From Amphiscolops sp. MND2022 (lineage: Eukaryota): a DNA stretch of 64,000 bases. The notes below the pieces were generated by a model. It searched no databases. It saw only the letters and a program-made list of their open reading frames with translations, and had not been told where the DNA came from. Numbering within the stretch: position 1 is the first letter of the stretch; every line of letters begins with the position of its first letter. The stretch spans positions 76,696,001 to 76,760,000 of the forward strand of contig OZ076409.1 in the NCBI GenBank assembly GCA_964187785.1. Direction: 5' to 3'. Both the position numbers and the translations under genes were made by a program. Below, one piece after another: positions 38,086 through 48,437 of the stretch.

Positions 38086-38267
38086 GTGCCTACTGGAGTC
38101 TTTGATTAACCTCAACCCGTTTCTTGAAGAGTAGAGCACTAACAGTCTACCTGCTCCAAGAGAGGTTAACCAATACTAAGACCCCAGTAGACACTCGTAC
38201 TGTGCAGGCTGGGTTAGGCCCGTCTTACCCAGTACATTGTGTCTACTCTATGGGAGCTTTTTTTTTT
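38086..38267 (+). repeat. Structured direct repeat, copy 2, followed by a T10 run
   Basis: Matches copy 1; ends tgggagc followed by T10 (38258-38267). Confidence 0.85.
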
Positions 38268-38338
38268 AAAAAAAGGTGAACATTTCGATAAATTAATGAA
38301 ATACAAAGAACAAAACTTTAGCTCACTAAGCTGAAAGC

Positions 38339-41010
38339 AAAGACGAGTTAAAGAAATAATATAGCTCTAAAATGACAGAAATTTAGACCAAATTGTCAAT
38401 TGGACAGAGGTTACCCAAGGTATGTTGCACTGAAATGCTGCCATTTTTACTCAAAGACAAGTTAAAGAAATATTACAGCTCTAAAATGACGGAAATTTAG
38501 ACCAAATTTTCAATTGGACAGAGGTTACCCAAGGTATGTTGCACTGGAATGCTACCATTTTTACTCAAAGACAAGTTAAAGAAATATTAAAGCTCTAAAA
38601 TGACGGAAATTTAGACTAAATTTTCACATAGACAGAGGTTACCCAAGGTATGTTGCACTGGAATGCTGCCATTTTTACTCAAAGACAAGTTAAAGAAATA
38701 TTATAGCTCTAAAATGACGGAAATTTAGACCAAATTTTCAATTGGACAGAGGTTACCCAAGGTATGTTGCACTGGAATGCTGCCATTTTTACTCAAAGAC
38801 AAGTTAAAGAAATATTATAGCTCTAAAATGACGGAAATTTAGACCAAATTGTCAATTGGACAGAGGTTACCCAAGGTATGTTGCACTGGAATGCTGCCAT
38901 TTTTACTCAAAGACAAGTTAAAGAAATATTATAGCTCTAAAATGACGGAAATTTAGACCAAATTGTCAATTGGACAGAGGTTACCCAAGGTATGTTGCAC
39001 TGGAATGCTACCATTTTTACTCAAAGACAAGTTAAAGAAATATTATAGCTCTAAAATGACGGAAATTTAGACCAAATTTTCAATTGGACAGAGGTTACCC
39101 AAGGTATGTTGCACTGGAATGCTACCATTTTTACTCAAAGACAAGTTAAAGAAATATTAAAGCTCTGAAATGACGGAAATTTAGACCAAATTTTCAATTG
39201 GACAGAGGTTACCCAAGGTATGTTGCACTGGAATGCTGCCATTTTTATTCAAAGACAAGTTAAAGAAATATTATAGCTCTAAAATGACGGAAATTTAGAC
39301 CAAATTGTCAATTGGACAGAGGTTACCCAAGGTATGTTGCACTGGAATGCTACCATTTTTACTCAAAGACAAGTTAAAGAAATATTATAGCTCTAAAATG
39401 ACGGAAATTTAGACCAAATTTTCAATTGGACAGAGGTTACCCAAGGTATGTTGCACTGGAATGCTACCATTTTTACTCAAAGACAAGTTAAAGAAATATT
39501 AAAGCTCTGAAATGACGGAAATTTAGACCAAATTTTCAATTGGACAGAGGTTACCCAAGGTATGTTGCACTGGAATGCTACCATTTTTACTCAAAGACAA
39601 GTTAAAGAAATATTAAAGCTCTGAAATGACGGAAATTTAGACCAAATTTTCAATTGGACAGAGGTTACCCAAGGTATGTTGCACTGGAATGCTGCCATTT
39701 TTATTCAAAGACAAGTTAAAGAAATATTATAGCTCTAAAATGACGGAAATTTAGACCAAATTGTCAATTGGACAGAGGTTACCCAAGGTATGTTGCACTG
39801 GAATGCTGCCATTTTTATTCAAAGACAAGTTAAAGAAATATTATAGCTCTAAAATGACGGAAATTTAGACCAAATTGTCAATTGGACAGAGGTTACCCAA
39901 GGTATGTTGCACTGGAATGCTACCATTTTCACTCAAAGACAAGTTAAAGAAATATTATAGCTCTAAAATGACGGAAATTTAGACCAAATTTTCAATTGGA
40001 CAGAGGTTACCCAAGGTATGTTGCACTGGAATGCTGCCATTTTTACTCAAAGACAAGTTAAAGAAATATTATAGCTCTAAAATGACGGAAATTTAGACCA
40101 AATTTTCAATTGGACAGAGGTTACCCAAGGTATGTTGCACTGGAATGCTACCATTTTTACTCAAAGACAAGTTAAAGAAATATTAAAGCTCTGAAATGAC
40201 GGAAATTTAGACCAAATTTTCAATTGGACAGAGGTTACCCAAGGTATGTTGCACTGGAATGCTGCCATTTTTATTCAAAGACAAGTTAAAGAAATATTAT
40301 AGCTCTAAAATGACGGAAATTTAGACCAAATTGTCAATTGGACAGAGGTTACCCAAGGTATGTTGCACTGGAATGCTACCATTTTTACTCAAAGACAAGT
40401 TAAAGAAATATTATAGCTCTAAAATGACGGAAATTTAGACCAAATTTTCAATTGGACAGAGGTTACCCAAGGTATGTTGCACTGGAATGCTACCATTTTT
40501 ACTCAAAGACAAGTTAAAGAAATATTAAAGCTCTGAAATGACGGGAATTTAGACCAAATTTTCAATTGGACAGAGGTTACCCAAGGTATGTTGCACTGGA
40601 ATGCTGCCATTTTTACTCAAAGACAAGTTAAAGAAATATTATAGCTCTAAAATGACGGAAATTTAGACCAAATTTTCAATTGGACAGAGGTTACCCAAGG
40701 TATGTTGCAGTGGAATGCTACCATTTTTACTCAAAGACAAGTTAAAGAAATATTATAGCTCTAAAATGACGGAAATTTAGACCAAATTTTCACATAGACA
40801 GAGGTTACCCAAGGTATGTTGCACTGGAATGCTACCATTTTTACTCAAAGACAAGTTAAAGAAAAATTAAAGCTCTAAAATGACGGAAATTTAGACCAAA
40901 TTTTCACATAGACAGAGGTTACCCAAGGTATGTTGCACTGGAATGCTGCCATTTTTACTCAAAGACAAAGAAATTTTATAGCTCTATAAATATTATGGAA
41001 ATTTAGACTT
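38339..41010. repeat. Tandem array of 23 complete 114-bp units plus a degenerate partial unit
   Basis: aaagac starts recur at 38339, 38453, 38567, 38681, 38795 ... 40961 (exact 114-bp period). All six frames of the consensus unit contain stops. Confidence 0.97.
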
Positions 41011-42012
41011 TTAGACCAACGTAATTATCAATTAGACTTTCAGTTTTGCGTGTGTGTGGATACGAAATATATATTCTGATAAATGTAAGCAGGAGATATA
41101 GCTCTAAATGCAGTGTTTGCTCAAAGTTTTCTTTGACTTAACTGGAGAGTAGTAGCGTCTCATAGTTGTCAGGTTCATTGTATTCCTTGACCATTCTTTG
41201 ATGTTGAACAGTGGCGATGATCTGTAAACATGAAAGTCATTGAAAGCACTGGGAGCAAGGTTTTTCGTATTGGTTTTTTTGGTTACTCTAGTTAATAAAT
41301 CATGAATTTAGACAAAGCAAATAACCAACCTGTATTAGTTTTGCTTGAGTTGTTGCTGGTTTTTTTTTGGTTGCTGCTTCTTGTCCGTTTCGCTTTCTCA
41401 TTCATTGTACTGATTGTTGGAATTTTGAATTGGAATAGAAATCACAATAATCTTCGATGTTTGGCTATCTCTGAAACATTCAGAATCAGGAAATTCAGGA
41501 TTGAAAAGAATTGGTGTACTTAATTCGTTTCAAAATCACTTGAATTGTGAAGATCGGTCAATTCGCCAGAATGTCCAGTTTTTTTAAAATAATAAGTTAA
41601 ACACTTACCAAGCATTTGTTGTTTTTGCTCCAGGTAAAATGGCTGCTGGATTTTCTGGAGTTTTGATCGCTGTGATTGCTATTTGAAAGTATCTGAAAAA
41701 TTATCTGCACATAGGCGAAACAACTCTTGGGCTTTTGTGCAATGACATGAAAGCTGTAACAAATTAAATGAGAAAGAAGCTGTCGACTTGGTTTATCAAA
41801 AGATGAGACCTCACCCAGTTGCCTGACACACAATTCAAGATCACTTGAGAATTGCAAACAATAACCACATGAGATTTGTAAACAAAAACCACTTGAAATA
41901 TTTCCGCGGAGAGCAACTTTACAATCACCATATGCTCGCAGTACATAAAACTAATCAACCATAAAACCACCAGCGTCTAGACTTTCCATATTAAGCGCCG
42001 TAACTAATGAAT

Positions 42013-42164
42013 GCCACACCCATTTAAACCAGTCTGAATTTCAAGGTTATATCCCCACACCAACAGTCTTAATTTCACGGTAATCCCCCCCCCCGTATAA
42101 ATTAGTTCACATTCACGAAAACGGAGCAAAAGTGACCCAGGGTTCCTACTTTTATGACTACTAC
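42013..42164 (-). repeat. Right terminal inverted repeat
   Basis: GCCACACCCATTTA...CCTACTTTTATGACTACTAC; lacks the last T of the expected ...ACTACTACT end. Confidence 0.95.
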
Positions 42165-42948
42165 CGGGACCGGCCCAAGTCGGCGCCCCGCTCAAGTTTC
42201 TCAAATATGCAACGGACACAATTTTCAAACTTTTACCAATTTCTCTAGTGCTGAAAAATACCCCAAGGGGAATACGCATAAGACTCGGAAACCAGTTTTT
42301 CCCAATTGGAAACACAAAAAGTCCGTTTTTGAAAATGTTTTTTTCTCTCGATTTTTTTCCAGAAACGTCTCTTAGTCCCGAAAAAAGCTTTGCTGTCAAA
42401 ACGTTTTCTCAGGCCGAAATCAACTATGAAAGCGAGGGGGTACTCTTTGATCAAATGAAAGATTCGGAAAAAAAACGCACAGAGTCAAAAAACTGAAAAA
42501 ATATTTTCTACAATCATAAAGAAAAGTCATTAGTTCCACAGGATCAAAAAGTAACAAAGAGGTCACCCTCAAGACTCGGGGGCCGATTTACGGAAATCTC
42601 AAGAAGCCCAAAATTTCTCAAGAGAAATTTGTCGAAATTTTCAAGTTTTCGGTAAGTCGCGTGGTGCGGAAAACCTTGAGTGACCATCTATGCTAGCAAA
42701 ACGCTGATGTTTCGGCTGAAAATCGAGGGAGGAAGTTAAGGTTTGGAAAAATTCTGAAAAAATAGTACCCTTGCTTCTTAGACCGCGGGAAATCCGCGTT
42801 AACTAACAACTAGGCCAAGTGACTGACTGACTTTGCAAAATTGAAGACTTTTGGTAGAACTATTTCAGCTAGTTCAGGTGTATCGAAAAAAAACGCGAAA
42901 AGCCATGACGATAGCCACTCTTTTGTAAAGAAAAGCGCCAACTAAAAA
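42163..42948 (-). mobile_element. HINE family A copy that is the insertion target of the pPolB element
   Basis: accgggaccggcccaagtcggcgccccgctcaag ... aaaagcgccaactaaaaa; collinear with 19388-20335. Confidence 0.75.
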
Positions 42949-43203
42949 TATTGGAAAATTTTTCAGAACATGAATAATGAACTAAGGAATGTAAAACCGC
43001 AAAAAAATCAACTTTATTGAGATACCAGTGTGCCGTTGGTATAGCGCCTGGACCGCGAAATGTTTAAGAAGCAAACTCCGATGCACGATTTTTTACAGTA
43101 GTTTCTTTTTTAGCTAAAAGTTTATTTTTTTAAGTTACTAGGTGTGCGTAATTTTTTTTACTTCTGCCAGTGATGTCCTTTTTAAAGATCAATCCCGAAC
43201 TGG

Positions 43204-43873
43204 TTTTTAGTCGGCGCTTCATGAAGTGAAACGCGACTATTATAGTGACTCTTTTTTTTCTATCCACACGAACTGACCAAAATGGTTCTTAAAAGTTCTA
43301 CAAAATATTATTGCACCAAATTGCACTATTTGGCCTAGCGAACTGAACCAAAATGGTTTTACCTGTTTTTCCGCGTAACATACCATACCGGGCGAGACCA
43401 AAGAGTCCCCCCTTTCAATTTTTTTTTCGGCACTGCGAGACATTTTTTTCGGATTTTTTTTCCCGAAAGGGTCCCCCTGCATTTTTTTGATGTTTTGCGA
43501 CAGAATGGATGTTGGAAAATCCCAAAGGGTTCCCCTTTTCAGTTTTTTTTCGGCATTGTGATATTTTTTCCCGAAAATAAAAATTTTTTTCTTCAATTTT
43601 TTCATGTTTTGCGACAGAATGGATGTTGAAAAACCTCAAAGGGTCCCCCTTTCAGTTTTTCGGCATTGTGAGACTTTAGCGCGCCAGGGGCTCTCGCTAG
43701 CGGTCCCCGGCGCGCCACTCGGTCCATATCTTTAGTATGTAATTTTTTCAAAAAAAAAATTTTCGAAAAATTTTCGATTTTCGAGTACTGTAAAAGAATA
43801 ATTGACACTTGGAAGTCCTTTTGCTATTTTTGAGCCTTAGATATGGCGCCGACTTGGGCCGGTCCCGGCTTGT
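43204..43873 (+). mobile_element. HINE family A, complete copy
   Basis: 5' TTTTTAGTCGGCGC with a nearby partial inverted copy (cgcgacta); 3' GCGCCGACT plus hairpin GCCG-gtcc-CGGC plus TTGT. This is the subTIR/IR/stem-loop layout of Helentron-associated elements. Confidence 0.75.
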
Positions 43874-46063
43874 ATAGGCTTCATAAAGGAAATATTTGAA
43901 GTGGGCATGAATGCTGTATCGTATAAACTAAGAGTTGTCCGGCAAGCACTAATAGTGACAGAGTCGGAAAAGCACTGGTGCTTCCCTTCGGCTATTTTTG
44001 ACATCATAAGACCGAAAGACAATCAACACTTCAGAAAATATTTTACAAATTGGAAGATTATGATTTTGCTGTCTTTGGACCTTAAAGCGATAATAGTTTA
44101 AGCACAAACTCACACAAAACTTTCCTGCTTCCTTTTATTCCATTTTCTGTCCATTTTCCATATGGGAATAAAAAAATAATCTCTCAGCCGTGGTTTTTTC
44201 TCTATGTTCCAATTATAAACCGAAAATAAAAATTATAAATATTTATATGGATATGATTATACCCGAATTTCAATGACAAAACAATTAGCTTCTTAGCATA
44301 CTTTTCCATTGTAAAAATATATAAAGCAAAAAGGTGGTATAGATTCTGAATTTTTAAAACTTAGTGCGCGTTTTGTAGAGTTAGGCTCGAGCCCTAAAAC
44401 TGCTTTCCCGAAATATATGAACTAAGTTCAAGCATATATACATGTAGAAATGCAAATTGACTATTCAAAAATAAATGTTTATTCAAGAAGTCATCTTCTT
44501 CGTGGTATGACGTATGATGATAATTCTGAAACGAAGTCAAAATTCGGATAAAGCGCACTTTTCATCTTTCTGTACGTAATATCATACCCTTTAGGCTCAT
44601 AAAACGTTTTTTTTTACAAACCGAAAGCTTCAAAAAATTCAACCCTTTGGTCTCCCCTCTACTTTTGGAAGCATAAGAAAATTTTGTGGTTTAGAGCGAG
44701 ACTCGAACCCACGCTCACCTGCTTCTCAGACCCCAGAAAATTAGCCGGCCAAAAAGTTGAACAAATGAACAAAAAAGTGGACCGATCGCGTTGAACTGAC
44801 GAAAAAAAGTTTAACGCCGACTAAAAGCACATTGTTCCGGTTCATTTTTTGAACAAAATGTGAACATTATATTATTATCGTGATTACCATTTCTGCGTGT
44901 AAATTTAGTTTTTTCTTCATAAAAATTGATGAGATAGCATTTTTTCAAGTATTCAGGCATGTAAACTTTCCTTTCATTCCGAATTATGAAAGTTGATCAT
45001 TTTAACTTTGTAGCTTCGTTTTGATACGGAGCGCGCTACGATAGGTATATGCATAAAAGTATGTCAAGCAGTAATCCTTAAACAAACAGAAGCAAATTAA
45101 ATTTTCGATTGGTGCCATTGTGGAGGAGAGTGGAATAGAGATGTGTGCCATTTTCTTCTTTGCCAATAGCTACTGAGAGCGCGGGTGTGAAAGCAACATT
45201 TTGAGCATTTTTTGAAAAGTTTCAGTATTTAAAATTTTTTTACCACTTCAAATATGCCATGACTTGAAAACTATCCAATTTAAAAAGACAATGTGGATGG
45301 AGAAATTTAATAGACCGGAACGAACAAATTCTTTACAATAGCTAATTATTTGTCGTGGAAGGGACGAAGTAAATTTTGAATTGATTTGGAAAATCCCCAT
45401 CTCAGGAGCAAAATTTGTCGAATGATTTGTTACCCAATGAAAGGTTTTCCTTCTCTTCAACAAACAAAAAATCAATTTCCAATCCTTTTGAAAAATTCCA
45501 GACATGAGATAATGAAATAGAATCTGGTATTCTAGTTTCACTGCATTTGAGTGAAATCAAGTTCATCCTATATCGAGGTCGCACCTCGTTTTAAATTATA
45601 GCTAAGACGTGCAACGGATATTTGAAGGATCAGCTGTATTCTCCGTTTATTAAGCCCAGATACGTTAAGCACAATACGTTATAACAATCAGTTTTTTAAC
45701 GGAAATTGAGAACGTGCTGAAAAATTTTTCTGCAATATTGAATGTATCATACCATATTTGTATAAATACAGAACCACCATTTAGGCTATTGGGAGTTTCA
45801 AGCTTGATACGTAACATGTCACCCATCAATTTTATATTTTGAACAAGCGCAGTGGCACAACGGTATTTTTCGTAATTTCGTCTTCGGCAATTAAGTTGTT
45901 GAAAAATTTGTTACACTTTAGCTTGCCTAGTAAGAATCGTACTTGAATCATTTGATTACACTTGATGCACATTCTGGTGTTTTGATGCACATTTTGATGT
46001 TTTGCTTGTTTTTGGTTCTTGATTTGATAAAAAATTATACGTGTTCCATTTTTGCGAGTCATC

Positions 46064-47030
46064 ACACTTGCGATAAGCAAGTGTTATGGGAAAGTGCGGG
46101 TGCTTTTTTTCCGCGCGACAACTCTCTCGTTTCAGCCCGCAAGTCGCATAGTTCAGGCGTTCGTGGTCTTTTGGTAAGATGCTTGCTTTTGAACCCAGAG
46201 GGTTCGTGTTCGAACCCGTGATATGCGCTAATTTTTTTTTACAAGTATTCCGAAGCAGAAGGTTCTCATTTTTTTCGGCACTATGGGACTCCCTCTCCTT
46301 TTCGGCTTTGTGAAACCAAATGGTCCTCCCGTCATTTTTTTGATATTTTGCAACAGAACGAATGTTAAAAAATCCCAAAGGGTCCCTTCTTTCAGATTTT
46401 TCGGCACTGAGACTGTTGAAAATTCTTTTCTCGAAAATTTTTCAAAGTCTCCAAAGGATCACTCTTCATTTTTTTTGAAATTTTGCAACAGACTGGGATG
46501 TTAAAAAATCTCAAAGGGGCCCTTTTACAGTTTTCGGCATTGTGAGATTTTTCAAAATGAATAATTTTTGTCTTAAGTTTTCAGCACGCTATATCCGATT
46601 TTTGTTTTTTTTGAGACCGATGTTTTTCTATGCTACTTTTTTCTAATTTGTTTTCATCGAAGCCCCCCTTCAATTTTTACTAGAAACGAAACGTTTTGCG
46701 AGCATAAAGGACTGCTCAAAGTGTTCGACACTATGCGACTTACCGGAGACAAAAAAATCAAAAAAAAATCCTCAATTTTTGTCTATTTTTTTTGAAAGGT
46801 TTTCGGATGAGAAAGATGTGTTTTTTGCTGTTTCCAGTTCGGGGAAAATGGTTTTCGAGACTTATGCGTATCCCTTCGGGTATTTTTTGGGTATTTTTTT
46901 GTAAAGTTCACGAAATTTTAACAATGTCCTTTTACCCTTGGTTCTCCGTATGATACTGCTTATTTGGTTTTCTTCAAAAGTTCGCAACTTTCTTCGCAAG
47001 TGTTTGCGAAGCACGGCTTCGCCTCTGTGT
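46064..47030 (+). mobile_element. HINE family B, complete copy
   Basis: 5' ACACTTGCGA with hairpin ACACTTGC-gataa-GCAAGTGT; 3' TCGCAAGTGT (46994-47003) then hairpin GCGAAGC-acg-GCTTCGC (47006-47022); tRNA-like segment at ~46154-46220. Confidence 0.75.
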
Positions 47031-48437
47031 TGATACTTGTCATAGTTTTTATCGTCAGTTGAATGCACCTCAATGTTGGCATTAACCGAAGTGTTAAATT
47101 GAAGCTTGTTTCCGAAAGCAGGTTTCTGATGTTTTTCTTGAAGTTTTAGACTCATTGGAGAATTTTGCAGTTTGTCTAGAAATCATTGATATTTTTTGTG
47201 CCAAAAACTCTTGAGAAATGGAATATATTCGCAAAAATCAGCGAAAACAAAATAATCACCGCGAAAACAAGAATAAGTAAATTGAGATAAGTTTATCTTT
47301 TGAGAAACCACCTCTACCTCACAACACAAAAGATTCTGAACTTCTTTTTAGTTGAAAGCTCTCCCCTTGAAAGGCCTGCGAGCTTACGGGATATCTTTTT
47401 GGGAGATGTGCTAGCTGTGTAAAGTTACTTTATTTGAGTGTATTCGACTCCTGATAAAATGGATTATCATAATTAAAACGCTAATGTACTCTATCGCAAC
47501 TTATATTGGTCACTCAGTTCAGAAATATCAGAAAATATAAATAAGCGAAAGAAAAAATGATTGACCACACCAAGTGTGATTTACGAAAATCTTCAGTGAA
47601 AACGGTCATAGCCTCGGATGGGGACGTGGATTGGCAGTGTTGTCATAATTTTCTATGAAAATTGAAGCAAAAACTGAACGTACTATTTAATGAAGTTCAA
47701 TTTGAAATTATCCCATCAACATTTTCAAATTTTCTATGCCAACTACACTTCTGCTTCTTGCAAAAGTATTTGCAAATTTGACCTTAAGGAAGTCCTTGAT
47801 TGTGAAGTGCGGTCATGTCAATAAGAAGCAAGAAGCCCTGTGATGAAGGAATTCGGAACAAATATCATTTTGCAGGCACATCTTGCAGAAATAAATGTCA
47901 ACGTCTCAATTATAAGTTTGCACTGAGACTTTGGTTGTAATGTAGCACGTGATAACAGCTAGTGTGAATCTTTGAGTGAAGTATTTGTAAATTTTTTCCT
48001 CGTCATCCAAAGGTTTCGTAAATGTGAATATTAGGTCATTTAAATGATGCTTCATTCCAACGCCAATTTTGATACGGGATCCGAAGTTGATGTTCTGACT
48101 TTTATTTAACTGAAAGCTTCGAAACTTATCTTTTTGATGAACAAAAAATCGAGATTAATGCAGTTAAACTATAGTTTAATTGAACTGACCATCCGTTTTC
48201 GGTTTGATCACAGCGTATGCAAAACTACTTTTCTGCAATTGTAATACAGAAGCATTCAGCTCAGAATTCGTTTGTTCTCGATCGCCCTTAATTTTTAATC
48301 TAAGTTTTTCGATGGCCGTGAACTTTTTTTAACCTTTCCGCTTCTTCGTAGCTATAAAAACCAAACGGCCCCCTAATCACAGCAACCATTTGCACTTTCT
48401 CGAAATGTTTCAATTAGGTTTATTAAAATGCAATTGG

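Larger units (their letters stand above)
28704..42164. mobile_element. Polinton/Maverick-related linear element (13,461 bp) with pPolB but no recognisable integrase or virion genes
   Basis: ~151-bp TIRs starting AGTAGTAGTC enclose an intact pPolB ORF. No other ORF inside exceeds ~130 aa in the ORF track, and no host HINE/MITE repeats are visible inside. Confidence 0.9.

Noticed and set aside
38339..41010. CRISPR-like array or directly coding repeat (114 is divisible by 3)
   Set aside because: Units are near-identical along their whole length with no unique spacers, there are no cas genes, the context is eukaryotic, and the unspliced consensus has stops in all six frames.
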